DNA from: Candidatus Thorarchaeota archaeon
GTDB taxonomy: Archaea > Asgardarchaeota > Thorarchaeia > Thorarchaeales > Thorarchaeaceae
DNA length: 64,000 bases
Direction of reading: 5' to 3'
NCBI GenBank assembly: GCA_021498125.1
Contig: JAIZWL010000001.1
Coordinates: forward strand, 197,434-261,433
The translations under genes and the position numbers were made by a program. The notes under the pieces were generated by a model. That model saw only the letters and a list, made by a program, of their open reading frames with translations, did not search any database and was not told the DNA's origin. Of this stretch, positions 1 through 9,490 are shown in pieces; the first letter of the stretch is position 1, and each line of letters starts with the position of its first letter.

Positions 1-1789
1 GTACAGGGCTGACTCGTTTGACGTAGTTGAGGATCTGTTTTCTATCGGAGTGGCCTGAGAATCCCTCAACGGTCTCTATCTGCATATGCACAGGAATGAC
101 CGTCATTTTTCCTTCCCGATTGTACATTTGGACCTCTTTCCATCCCTTCTGAATCCGTCGGCCTAAAGTCCCTTCACCCTGATAGCTGACAAAGATGAGT
201 GCGTTTTTCTCATTCGTTGCTAATAGTTTGAAGTACTCGACACTTGGTCCTCCTGCAAGCATGCCTGAGGTGGCCATGATTATACAGGGTTCACCATTGA
301 CTATCTCTTCGCGTTGTTCGGGGTTGTCAACCTGCACGAATATCTCATTCAAGAATGGGTTGATTCCTTGATGGAAGATCATCTCTCTGATTTTCTTGCT
401 TAATGCTTCGGGGTGGGTGGTATGGATGGCCGTGGCCTGTGCGATCATTCCCTCAATGAATACAGGGACTTTTGGAATGCGTTTCTTGGAAACGAGATCT
501 TCTATGACCAGCATGATCTCTTGAGCACGTCCGACAGCCAGTACAGGAATGAGGACTTTTCCTCCACGCTCGATGACTTTCTTGATTATTGTTGCAAACT
601 TTTTCTCGACCTCTTGTCTTGGTGGCATCTTGTCAGTAGGATGCCCATAGGTGCTCTCGATAATGAGAGTTTCCAGCCGGGGGAATGTGAAGGTGGCTGG
701 CTCAAGGAGTCGAGTTCTGCCAAATTTGAAGTCGCCTGTATATGCGAGATTATACTGTCCATCACCAATATGCAGATGAATTATTGCAGACCCAAGAATA
801 TGACCTGCATTATGTAGGGTCAATCGTACATCAGGTGCAATATCTGTGACCTCACCGTATCCAAGGGGAATGGTGTGTAAGATTGCCTCTTTGACATCTC
901 GATCTCTGTACGGTCGAAGCTTGCCCTCTCGCTCAGCAACATCTAGGTAGTCCAATTGAAGAAGTGTTGAGAGGTGGAGTGTTGGATGTGTCATGTATAC
1001 TGGGCCACGGTATCCATACTTGAAGAGGAATGGGACCATCCCTGAATGATCAAGATGTGCGTGACTTACAATGACCGCATCGAGTTCATCAATATTGAAC
1101 TCAGGCATATCCAATCGTGGAAATGCTCTGCTTGGGGCTCCTACATTGACTCCACAGTCGATGAGAATATTGCTGTCGGAGGTCTGAAGGAACATCGCCT
1201 CGCGGCCGACCTCTCGAAAGCCTCCTAATGCCGTCAGGCGAATCCATCCATTATTGAGGATGGGCTGTCTGTGAATGCGTTTTCCAATCTCTCTGAACAC
1301 TTTGTTTCGGGTTTCAGCCTCGCTCTGAATGATGTATCTGATCTGTTTGATAAGCTTGCTCTCAATAGGTGGGGTCCGTTGTACATTAGGTCTCCAGAAC
1401 GTCTGTCGGGTGATCTCTCTTAGAGTGGCGCCACTCCTTCCAATGACTAACCCCGGTTTTTGTGCTTCTATAATTACCTCGCCACGTGACGTATCAAAAT
1501 CAATTGATGTGATTTCCGCATCGGGTGGGACCAGTTCGCGAACGGTCTTTTCAGTTTCCTCAAATGGAAGTCTTACCTCTGGAGCAGATCTGACAACAAG
1601 CCGCTTTCTCATCTTTCTTGCTAGGGCCTTAATTGCATCACCATCATCGAGAAGAATCTTGGGGGCCTTGGAATAAATTGCGATTTCCGGTCCCTCGTAC
1701 TCCACGGAGCTAATTGCAGCCGACCTTGGAAGTGCTTTCATCACCACTTCTCTAATATCCTCATATTCATTTTCAGAATTCGAATTCAT
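1..1789 (-). CDS. fttA: aCPSF1/FttA-type KH + metallo-beta-lactamase/beta-CASP ribonuclease (archaeal CPSF73 homolog, transcription termination factor); N-terminus at 1789, C-terminus runs off the window start (partial)
   Basis: Manual minus-strand translation from ATG at 1789 gives MNSNSENEYEDIREVVMKALPRSAAISSVEYEGPEIAIYSK... (two KH-like segments), then HAHLDHSG metal-binding motif and beta-CASP region, with no stop before position 1. The ORF track misses it because it is open at the window edge. The plus-strand ORFs 413..1676 are antisense artefacts. Confidence 0.85.
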   Translation of the reverse strand, partial: MNSNSENEYEDIREVVMKALPRSAAISSVEYEGPEIAIYSKAPKILLDDGDAIKALARKMRKRLVVRSAPEVRLPFEETEKTVRELVPPDAEITSIDFDTSRGEVIIEAQKPGLVIGRSGATLREITRQTFWRPNVQRTPPIESKLIKQIRYIIQSEAETRNKVFREIGKRIHRQPILNNGWIRLTALGGFREVGREAMFLQTSDSNILIDCGVNVGAPSRAFPRLDMPEFNIDELDAVIVSHAHLDHSGMVPFLFKYGYRGPVYMTHPTLHLSTLLQLDYLDVAEREGKLRPYRDRDVKEAILHTIPLGYGEVTDIAPDVRLTLHNAGHILGSAIIHLHIGDGQYNLAYTGDFKFGRTRLLEPATFTFPRLETLIIESTYGHPTDKMPPRQEVEKKFATIIKKVIERGGKVLIPVLAVGRAQEIMLVIEDLVSKKRIPKVPVFIEGMIAQATAIHTTHPEALSKKIREMIFHQGINPFLNEIFVQVDNPEQREEIVNGEPCIIMATSGMLAGGPSVEYFKLLATNEKNALIFVSYQGEGTLGRRIQKGWKEVQMYNREGKMTVIPVHMQIETVEGFSGHSDRKQILNYVKRVSPV

Positions 1790-1904
1790 CTGGAGTCACT
1801 TCTCTCATTCGAAGGGAGCAAGCCCCTCTTATTCTATCAATGGTTTCATATCCCGTGGTCTCGGAATCTCTCGCCATTGCTGGGGGACGAAGGTATCTGG
1901 ATCT

Positions 1905-2543
1905 CTATTGACTCTTCCAGATCTTCATTATTGTGTCCTTGTCGATTGCTTGATAGCCGTCCTTGTCAATCACACTGACAAGGATTGAGTTACCAGTAGC
2001 AGCATCACGTTCAATGGCCGAAGCTATTGCTCTCACTGCAAGCTCGATTGCTTTGTTTTTAGTCAAGTTATCTTTGTATCCAGCTTCAAGAACACCAAGT
2101 GCAACAGGCGATCCCGATCCAGTGGCTGTAAATTTGTCCGGCAAGACCGACCCAATAAAGTCGGTATAGAACACCTGCGGACCTGCATCATCAAATCCTC
2201 CTACAAGACACTGCAACATATATCCTCCCCTTGCTTGGAACATGATGTTCGCCAAGAGCCGAGTTAGAGCCTTTACCCTCATGGGTCGTCCACGCTGGAT
2301 CTCGTACAACTTTGACTCAGCCCGTAGAAGTTCCATGATTGCCTGTGCATCAGCAACTGAGCCGGCAATCGTGGCCCCAATACTGTTGGTGATTTTGTAG
2401 ATCTTCTGAGCCGATTTGTTTGCGATTAGGTATCCCATGGTTGCTCTCTGATCGCTGGCGAGAACTACACAGTCTTTGGCAATCATACCTACTGTGGTCG
2501 TTCCAGTCTTCAATTCAGCAGGGGGCTGCATGTTACGTTCCAT
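1905..2543 (-). CDS. psmB: 20S proteasome beta subunit (Ntn hydrolase, propeptide then TTTVG active-site Thr)
   Basis: TTTVGMIAKDCVVLASDQRATMG... is a typical archaeal PsmB signature, 212 aa. Confidence 0.9.
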   Translation of the reverse strand: MERNMQPPAELKTGTTTVGMIAKDCVVLASDQRATMGYLIANKSAQKIYKITNSIGATIAGSVADAQAIMELLRAESKLYEIQRGRPMRVKALTRLLANIMFQARGGYMLQCLVGGFDDAGPQVFYTDFIGSVLPDKFTATGSGSPVALGVLEAGYKDNLTKNKAIELAVRAIASAIERDAATGNSILVSVIDKDGYQAIDKDTIMKIWKSQ

Positions 2544-2658
2544 GTTGAGTAACTCCCTAGGAATTTAGCAGTGTCTAGGAGAACTAGTGACAATGACATC
2601 TCACGGCCTCGATATTAAAAGGTTTTTCATAGGGAATGAATTATCGATTTTTCATTGT

Positions 2659-3435
2659 CTACTCGGTTGGTGCTGGTGGTGTTTCTTCTTTCCGTTTGTA
2701 GACCACCACAAGTTTGACCTCGTTTACATCGTCCATTATCTTAATGATGTCCGACGCAATGCCAATCTCAGCATACTGTACCCCTTCTATATATCGAGTC
2801 AATTCGGGCATCTCAACCGTGACAATGCCCTTTGATTTAGAAACATTGAACATCTCATCGGGGATTCCTGGAATGCGCCGCTTGACTATGGCCATGATCT
2901 TCTCTTTTGTATCGCTCACTATTCCTTTGACCGTGATGTCAAAGACGAGAGTCTTTCCAGCAAGACGACTGTTAAAGTCAACTCTGACCTTCCTTCCTGT
3001 GACTAGCGTGATGACTCCCTCATCATTTCCTATCTTGACGCGTTCGCCTTTTATTGGTCGGATTCCCATCTTCAATATCTTGGTCTTTGGAAATAGTTTG
3101 ATCTTACTGGGATCTCGCGGACCAGCCGCTCTCTCTGGTGGGACTTCAATATGCTTGCTCTCTCCCACCTTCATACCCTCGAGTTCTTCTTCAATCGCCT
3201 CAAGGAGCCAATTATGACCTACCGCCACGAGCATGGGTTCGTATCTGCCTCGTTCATTGTAGACCCCCTCTTTCTTTGCGACCTCTTCAATCGTCAGGTC
3301 AAATATCTCATTGTCTTCTTTTACTCTGCCCACATAATCCACATAGACTAGACTTCCTTTCTTGACTTTTGTTTCAGTCTTCTTTGTGGTCTTCTTTTTG
3401 GGCGTGGTCTCTCTTTTTTCCTCTTTTTCAGACAT
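2659..3435 (-). CDS. Long-type FKBP peptidyl-prolyl cis-trans isomerase (FKBP26-like, with IF and C-terminal domains) carrying a Lys-rich N-terminal tail
   Basis: LVYVDYVGRV...DLTIEEVAKKEGVYN...DPSKIKLFP...VDFNSRLAGKTLVFDITV resembles M. jannaschii FKBP26 throughout. The N-terminal KKKTTKKTETKVKK extension is unusual. Confidence 0.8.
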   Translation of the reverse strand: MSEKEEKRETTPKKKTTKKTETKVKKGSLVYVDYVGRVKEDNEIFDLTIEEVAKKEGVYNERGRYEPMLVAVGHNWLLEAIEEELEGMKVGESKHIEVPPERAAGPRDPSKIKLFPKTKILKMGIRPIKGERVKIGNDEGVITLVTGRKVRVDFNSRLAGKTLVFDITVKGIVSDTKEKIMAIVKRRIPGIPDEMFNVSKSKGIVTVEMPELTRYIEGVQYAEIGIASDIIKIMDDVNEVKLVVVYKRKEETPPAPTE

Positions 3436-3483
3436 TAGCGATACACCTTATCGGCTCCAGTCTCTCGCTCCTCATTCGAGCTA

Positions 3484-4086
3484 TCATAAAACCGTTTCCT
3501 TGTGCCCCTTGGTCCCCTTTATGACTCGAACCTCTTCGTAAAACAACCTCTGTGTCTTAATGACTGACACCTCTAAGCCCATTGCACGCATAAGCATCTC
3601 AATACGATCGACGTGAGATAAGGTTGAAACCACTATATACAGCGACCCGTCCTCTGCAAGATGCGGAACAGCTTGGCAAATAAACTCCTCAGTTATCTCG
3701 ACACCAGTATCGCCACCAATCAAGGCCCCGTCCAAATCGGATCGTTCTTCATCTTGTGGAAGGTATGGTGGATTAAATGCTATGACTGAAAATTTGGCAC
3801 TCGTACCAAGTCCAGACAAGAGGTGGCTCTGAAGAATCGTGAGATGATCAATTCCGTTCGCCTGTGCATTTTTCTTGGTGGTGCGTGCAGCATCTAGAAG
3901 CACATCAATTGCAATCGCATTGTGTGTGATCATTGACGCATTAATTGCAATATATCCACTTCCGCATCCGACTTCCAAAAAAGAATCATCTGAAGTTAAA
4001 TCTATGGCATCCGCTAATAGAAAGGTGTCTTCTGATGGTGGATAGACCCCCTCAGGCGCCGTGATCTTTGTCACAACCTGTTTCAT
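3484..4086 (-). CDS. HemK/Mtq2-family N5-glutamine (release factor) methyltransferase, class I SAM MTase
   Basis: VGCGSGYIAINAS SAM-binding motif, NPPY substrate motif, ~200 aa. Confidence 0.7.
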   Translation of the reverse strand: MKQVVTKITAPEGVYPPSEDTFLLADAIDLTSDDSFLEVGCGSGYIAINASMITHNAIAIDVLLDAARTTKKNAQANGIDHLTILQSHLLSGLGTSAKFSVIAFNPPYLPQDEERSDLDGALIGGDTGVEITEEFICQAVPHLAEDGSLYIVVSTLSHVDRIEMLMRAMGLEVSVIKTQRLFYEEVRVIKGTKGHKETVL

Positions 4087-4961
4087 TTGTCATCATCTCG
4101 TGGATCTGGTAATTGTTTCTTCTCCACAAGTTCTAGAATGCAATCGGCAAGATGCACAAGCACCTCCATTGATAGCGCCCGAAGACGTTCGGAGCCATCA
4201 ACTACATCTCCACATGTTTTGATGAGCGTTTCTACAAGAGGTTTCTCCGCTCCCATGTTTTTGAACCAGATACGTAATGCCTTTCTAAGGATTTTATTTG
4301 GATACGCATAGATTCCATGAACCATCCAGTAGAATACTTGTTCATCCTTTGCAAAAGGCCCCTCGGTTCTTCGTTTCATTCTTACTACAATCGAGTCCAC
4401 CGCTGGCCTTGGATAGAATCTGCTGGCAGGAACCTCCAAGAGCTTTTCTACGACCATCTTGTATTGGACATCGATTGAGAGGCGCGAGTAGGTCTGCGTT
4501 CCTAGGACTGCAAATAATCGGTCTGCGAACTCTTTCTGAAACATCAGAATGGCATACTCAAACTCCACTTCGCGAATCAACCTAAACGTGATCTCCGAAG
4601 ATATGCTGTACGGGAGATTTGCAACAACCTTGTTCACGCTGGGGAGTGGTACTGTAAGTGCATCCCCTTTGATGATCTCAACATTCTCATGGTCACCAAA
4701 ACGCTTTCGGAGAATTTGTACAAGTACTGGCTCTATCTCAATGACTGTTAGCCGACCCGCTCTGGGCGCCAACCATTCTGTGAGGGCTCCCACGCCACCT
4801 CCAATCTCAAGAACGTGATCTTTGTTTGTGACCTTTGCAGCCTCGACAATGCTTTTTGCAACACGTGAATCCACAAGGAAGGTCTGTCCTCTCCTTTTCT
4901 TGGGTATGAAACCATAGGACTCTAGCATGCGTGTGGTATCATGCCACGACAGAGTCATCAC
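4083..4961 (-). CDS. rsmA: 16S rRNA (adenine1518/1519-N6)-dimethyltransferase KsgA/Dim1
   Basis: RRGQTFLVDSRVAKSIVEAA, EIGGGVGALTEWL, NLPYSISSEITFRL are canonical KsgA motifs. Confidence 0.9.
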   Translation of the reverse strand: MMTLSWHDTTRMLESYGFIPKKRRGQTFLVDSRVAKSIVEAAKVTNKDHVLEIGGGVGALTEWLAPRAGRLTVIEIEPVLVQILRKRFGDHENVEIIKGDALTVPLPSVNKVVANLPYSISSEITFRLIREVEFEYAILMFQKEFADRLFAVLGTQTYSRLSIDVQYKMVVEKLLEVPASRFYPRPAVDSIVVRMKRRTEGPFAKDEQVFYWMVHGIYAYPNKILRKALRIWFKNMGAEKPLVETLIKTCGDVVDGSERLRALSMEVLVHLADCILELVEKKQLPDPRDDDK

Positions 4962-5578
4962 CTATATCTGGTTCTTTCAATTCGTTCCTCTTCTTGAGGG
5001 GGTGGTCTCACAAACAGCCATCGTTTAACATCGCCCTGCAGTTCCTGAATGATTCTTGCAGTGACTACCTTCTTGGGATTTTGAAGTTTGGTGCGATCAG
5101 AGATGTCCTCAAAATTCCTGAATGGTTCCTTTTTCCTCTCCTCGAGTAAAGCCCACATCAGCGTTTGGCCAATGCCTGGCAATAATTGAAGTGAGTGTTT
5201 ACGGGTTGTTATCGGTGGGGCCTCGTTAAAGAATTGAACGAACTTGCTCTCATGTTTGGTGACTATCATCTCAACTACTAACGGCAATTCAGCAGTGCTT
5301 TCTGGAGTAAGATCTTCATATCTTAGTCTACGGCTCACACGTTCAATCCTGTTCCGTGCTGATCTGTCAAGTGATACTCGTTCGTGAGGTCTCAGATTGG
5401 CTCCTCGATTTGGTACGACCTCTAGGAGTGTAAAATACGACTCACCTACAGCTTGAGCGACTGTAATCCCACGTGGCCTTGTATCTCTCAAATATACCTT
5501 CGGCGGAATGACTGCGAGGATATATGCGTGACTCTCGTGCATGCGTCGTTGAGTTCCATCCATCCTGTCATTCTCCAC
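4958..5578 (-). CDS. DUF655-family predicted RNA-binding protein (OB fold + HhH), a conserved neighbour of rpoF/ksgA in archaea
   Basis: HhH motif LLPGIGQTLMWALL, and a position inside the conserved L21e-RpoF-DUF655-KsgA cluster. Confidence 0.55.
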   Translation of the reverse strand: MENDRMDGTQRRMHESHAYILAVIPPKVYLRDTRPRGITVAQAVGESYFTLLEVVPNRGANLRPHERVSLDRSARNRIERVSRRLRYEDLTPESTAELPLVVEMIVTKHESKFVQFFNEAPPITTRKHSLQLLPGIGQTLMWALLEERKKEPFRNFEDISDRTKLQNPKKVVTARIIQELQGDVKRWLFVRPPPQEEERIERTRYR

Positions 5579-5675
5579 TTTCTTCTAGACCACATTAAGT
5601 AGAACATCACATACTCGTGATAAAAACTAATCGGGTGGCGCATCACCACTCGCATTGAATCAGGCAGTCACTACA

Positions 5676-6011
5676 TCAAGAGCGGGCCTTCATGACCATA
5701 TCAATGATCTCGATGATCTTTTCATCTGAGAATTTGCTCGCCTGTGATCCAAGAATGACCTTAAGCTCTTCTTCGGTAGTTGGCGCGATATTTACGATCT
5801 GCACAGCAATGCCCCGGTTCAACTCAAACTTGGTCATCAGTCGAGTGACGAGCTTTGCTGCTACTGCTGGCGCCATCTTCGAAAAAGCAGCTGCGTGTTC
5901 CAATGTTATTGACTGTTGAAATGACAGGTCTCCCTCTTTTGATCGCTTACTGAGTATCTTCTTCACTTGAGGGAGGGGTATCTCCTCTTGACTAACGATC
6001 TCTTTTGGCAT
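5676..6011 (-). CDS. rpoF: DNA-directed RNA polymerase subunit F (Rpo4/Rpb4 homolog)
   Basis: 111 aa helical protein lying between L21e and DUF655, as in other archaea; sequence is Rpb4/RpoF-like. Confidence 0.7.
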   Translation of the reverse strand: MPKEIVSQEEIPLPQVKKILSKRSKEGDLSFQQSITLEHAAAFSKMAPAVAAKLVTRLMTKFELNRGIAVQIVNIAPTTEEELKVILGSQASKFSDEKIIEIIDMVMKARS

Positions 6012-6020
6012 TTGAATCCC

Positions 6021-6317
6021 TCAGCCCCTACTTGGACGAAGGTGTTCTGGTCTGATAATCAGTTCTTTGACTGCTTTACCCAGAGTGACATTGATAACAA
6101 TGCCTCTACCTCTCTTGCCCACGACAACCCCAGTTCGGCCATGGTATCTCTTGTGTGGCATGCCCTTGTGGAATGCTGGATCAATAACAATATCGACACG
6201 CTGGCCAACTTCATAGTCTCGTAGGACCGTGCTCAATGGGCTGATGCCACGTTTCCGAACCTTTTTGGACATCAAACTTCGTGTTCTTGCGCGGTATCCA
6301 TGACTCTTTTTGACCAT
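6021..6317 (-). CDS. rpl21e: 50S ribosomal protein L21e
   Basis: MVKKSHGYRARTRSLMSKKVRKRGISPLSTVLRDYEVGQRVDIVIDP... is a classic L21e. Confidence 0.9.
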   Translation of the reverse strand: MVKKSHGYRARTRSLMSKKVRKRGISPLSTVLRDYEVGQRVDIVIDPAFHKGMPHKRYHGRTGVVVGKRGRGIVINVTLGKAVKELIIRPEHLRPSRG

Positions 6318-6404
6318 GGCAGTTCATCTCTATGTTGTCTGTGAGCCGTCAATTGTCTATACTATGACATAGACGAGTTCCAGCATGACCACTTGGGTGG
6401 CCAC

Positions 6405-7781
6405 TTAAGGATTATGGTCTGGTTCTACCTCGTAGATGGCCGTGACATTAAGTTCTATACATACGGCTTTTGAGCCTAATAGTTCTGTAATAGATGGGCG
6501 TGTCCGGCCCTCATCACCCGATACCAGTTCCTTGACATACGTTCCTCCTTGTACTCGAAAGTTCCCCTTGATCGTCGTCTCATCGATTTTTTCTAATCGT
6601 ACCTCGTATATGCGTTTGATACGGATTTTATCGGCACGTCGATGAGCTACTCTTGTAGGGGTGCGTTGTTCAATTGTGATATCTCTGAACTTTTCTTCTA
6701 GCTGTCGGAGTGTGTTCTCGTCAACTGGTTCATCTGTTCTGATCAATGCCTCATACTCTTTTACATTCTGAGATGCACGTTCTTGGAGAAGCTGACTCAC
6801 TTCTCTTCTTGTCATCTTGAGTAAATGGATCTCTACCTTTCCCTCTGCGCGTTCGTTTACCTCGCGTGCTAAGGCATCAAGATCCAACGTGCGGATCTTC
6901 GGTTCTGAGACCTCTACAACAAACGGCCTGCCTTCTCCCAGCATAAGCACATCGATGTCTTCTCGCCCCGCTGCATGGAGTTTGAACTTGGTGCCCTTTG
7001 CTGCTTCTTTCATGGGGATGCCTATGTACTCAGAAATAGAGTCCGGATATTTTCGTCCTGTCCATCCACAGAGTTCACAACCTTTGCCGTGGCATGCCTT
7101 GCAGTCCCATCTGCTCTGTGGTATTCCTCTCTTTAGTTTGCGATATCTCCCGTAGATGAAAATTGGGCTGATCTGAAGCCAAATACTATCTTTGGCCATA
7201 TTGTACCCGATCACCAGATCTGGGCGCTTAAACTCGACATCTTTTCCTATGCGTGCAAGTATTTGTTTTCCAAGTTCTCGATTAAAGTCGGATTTGAGTG
7301 ACTCTCCATATAGAATATTGAACTTGGCTCGTAATTCATCTTCCACATCTACAAGCCTTGGATCCACCTTGCATCCTATCAGAATGTTATTGTACTCAAT
7401 ATCCCGAATCTTTTCTATTGCGCGCTCAACTATATTTGGAATTCTCTCAAAGACACTTGTACCGTCTATTGAGCAAAGCCGACACTCCGTTTTATGGTCG
7501 AACGTAATTGCATTCTTTTCAGCAAGCTTTTCCGCAGGTTCAAACATCCCATTACTTGCTAGGAGGGCTATCAGACTCTTTCCTTGGTCCACGTTTCCAG
7601 ATTTGATGTCATAATCCGCCTGCATTGAGAGCAGAAGTTTGATTGATCTTCCTCGTTCCAAGTTTGAGCTACTGGTACTAAGCCATCCGAATTGGCGGCC
7701 AAGGCAGCGATCGCATACTGGCCCATCTTCAATTATCTTTCTGGCGGTCTCAACAACATTGTGTGATTGGTCTGAAGACAT
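6405..7781 (-). CDS. pus10: tRNA pseudouridine(54/55) synthase Pus10 (THUMP + zinc ribbon + catalytic domain)
   Basis: N-terminal CDRCLGRQFG and internal CKACHGKGCELCGWTG zinc motifs, 458 aa, Pus10 catalytic region. Confidence 0.8.
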   Translation of the reverse strand: MSSDQSHNVVETARKIIEDGPVCDRCLGRQFGWLSTSSSNLERGRSIKLLLSMQADYDIKSGNVDQGKSLIALLASNGMFEPAEKLAEKNAITFDHKTECRLCSIDGTSVFERIPNIVERAIEKIRDIEYNNILIGCKVDPRLVDVEDELRAKFNILYGESLKSDFNRELGKQILARIGKDVEFKRPDLVIGYNMAKDSIWLQISPIFIYGRYRKLKRGIPQSRWDCKACHGKGCELCGWTGRKYPDSISEYIGIPMKEAAKGTKFKLHAAGREDIDVLMLGEGRPFVVEVSEPKIRTLDLDALAREVNERAEGKVEIHLLKMTRREVSQLLQERASQNVKEYEALIRTDEPVDENTLRQLEEKFRDITIEQRTPTRVAHRRADKIRIKRIYEVRLEKIDETTIKGNFRVQGGTYVKELVSGDEGRTRPSITELLGSKAVCIELNVTAIYEVEPDHNP

Positions 7782-7826
7782 AAGCGGGCCTCAAAGATTC
7801 GATTTGCCCACCGCCTAAAAACATGT

Positions 7827-9038
7827 TCACAGGTGAATAAGATTGAGATGACGGATGACATTGAGACCCGCAAGGGCCGTTGCAGGCCTTCTTAGCAGTT
7901 TTAGGATGACTTCTCCCTGCATATCCATGTCTCCCGCTCTCTTGACCGTATCAAGCAGTCCTAATTCAGCAGCATTACTGATTAATAGATCAAGCCCCTT
8001 ATCGCTGAGAGCCCCTATGACTTGTTGAGTCAGATACATTGCCTTGAGGTCCCGTGAATAACGTGCCTGCCATGCGCGCTCATACTTTTCGAGCATCTGT
8101 TGCGACACATCTTCTCTCTTGAGAGCCTCTGCTCCAACCACCCCTGCGATCTGTGCGATTGCCCCTCCTATTATCACACCTCCTCCCGTTGTTGCTTTCA
8201 CCATTCCTGCGGCGTCACCAACAACCATGAGACCTGTTGTGTATGTTCGTTTGACAGGCAATCCGACAAGTACGATTCCTCCAAATCCCCGTTCAATTGT
8301 GGCATCTTGAAGCCGTTCTCTAATAATTGGATGATGTTTCATCGCCGCCTGAAGCCGTATTTTTGATCTATCCCGTGCTGCAAGCCCGACTCTCGCCCGC
8401 CCCTCCCCTAAGGGGATGATCCATGCAAAAAATCCTGGTGCAATCTGATTGCCATAAAACATCTCTACGAGGTCTTCATGAATATTTGTTCCTCTTACCT
8501 CAAACTGGTAAGCAGGTCTCATGCTTTTCCGTGGGACTCCCGGTAATCCAACACTCTTTGATATGACACATCGGCTACCTTCACCGTCTATTACTACTGA
8601 TGCTTTTAGATCGGTTCGATCCTTGCCTATCCGGACTCCCTCAACATATTGCTTATGGATTACCTCTGTGACCCTGACTCCTGTTCGAACCTCAACACCC
8701 GAATTGATCGCTCTCTCTGCCAACCATCGATCAAACGCCCGTCTATCGATAACAAGTGCCTCTCGTTTTCCTCTCTCGATATGAATCGAGTGACCTGAAG
8801 GGGCGTAAATCACAGCTCCCCTGACATGATTCTGTATCACATGGCTTGGCGGTTTCAATCCCAATGATGCAAGACCTGTGACACTCAATAGCCCTGCGCA
8901 ATGATCAGGAACTCCCACCTCTTCATGTTCCTCTAATACCAGAACATCAACCCCCTGAAGTGCAGCTTCTCGTGCTGCAAGAAGCCCTGCTGGGCCTGCA
9001 CCGATTATCGCAATGTCCGGACTCAAGGTGGTTCCCAT
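7827..9038 (-). CDS. Geranylgeranyl reductase family FAD-dependent oxidoreductase (digeranylgeranylglycerophospholipid reductase-like)
   Basis: N-terminal IAIIGAGPAGLLAAREAALQGVDVLVLEE Rossmann FAD motif; GGR-family length and conserved blocks. Confidence 0.75.
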   Translation of the reverse strand: MGTTLSPDIAIIGAGPAGLLAAREAALQGVDVLVLEEHEEVGVPDHCAGLLSVTGLASLGLKPPSHVIQNHVRGAVIYAPSGHSIHIERGKREALVIDRRAFDRWLAERAINSGVEVRTGVRVTEVIHKQYVEGVRIGKDRTDLKASVVIDGEGSRCVISKSVGLPGVPRKSMRPAYQFEVRGTNIHEDLVEMFYGNQIAPGFFAWIIPLGEGRARVGLAARDRSKIRLQAAMKHHPIIRERLQDATIERGFGGIVLVGLPVKRTYTTGLMVVGDAAGMVKATTGGGVIIGGAIAQIAGVVGAEALKREDVSQQMLEKYERAWQARYSRDLKAMYLTQQVIGALSDKGLDLLISNAAELGLLDTVKRAGDMDMQGEVILKLLRRPATALAGLNVIRHLNLIHL

Positions 9039-9112
9039 CTTGATGACAAATGGTATACCTTATTATCTCTGGCATTAGCTGGTCTGACAGATACTACGGA
9101 TGTGAACAATTG

Positions 9113-9481
9113 ATGAGCGGCCCTCAGTTCCGATACAAGCAAGTCATAGCAGTTCGTACCGATCTTGGGATGAGTAAAGGCAAGATCGCTGTGCAGGTGG
9201 CCCATGGTGCAGTCAGTGCTGCTGAACGCACACGTGTCACGCATCAGGATGTGTGGCGTGCTTGGCTACGGGAGGGCCAGAAAAAGGTCGCAGTCAAGGT
9301 GGGATCTGAGGAGGAACTGCTGGAGCTCAGGAGGCTTGCAGTCGTTCATCGAATACCCCATGCTCTCATTCGGGATGCCGGATTGACAGAACTATCTCCT
9401 GGGACCATGACTGTCATCGGCATAGGTCCTGCACAGGGAGAGTTGATCGACAAGGTGACAGGCAGTCTCAAACTCTTATGA
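9113..9481 (+). CDS. pth2: Peptidyl-tRNA hydrolase, archaeal/eukaryotic type (Pth2)
   Basis: KQVIAVRTDLGMSKGKIAVQVAHGAV core; start moved to the internal ATG at 9113 (the ORF track starts at 9050). Confidence 0.85.
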   Translation: MSGPQFRYKQVIAVRTDLGMSKGKIAVQVAHGAVSAAERTRVTHQDVWRAWLREGQKKVAVKVGSEEELLELRRLAVVHRIPHALIRDAGLTELSPGTMTVIGIGPAQGELIDKVTGSLKLL

Positions 9482-9490
9482 GGTCTGATT

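Noticed and set aside
413-1676. Plus-strand ORFs (413..817, 1046..1228, 1329..1676) in the first 1.8 kb
   Set aside because: They lie antisense to a long uninterrupted minus-strand reading frame encoding a clear aCPSF1/FttA protein. Their sequences are low-complexity or Ser/Arg-rich, typical of antisense artefacts.
2714-3365. Several plus-strand ORFs (2714..3217, 3138..3365, 3151..3351) opposite the FKBP gene
   Set aside because: Antisense to a confidently identified FKBP gene; no motifs; Ser/Pro/Leu-rich artefactual composition.
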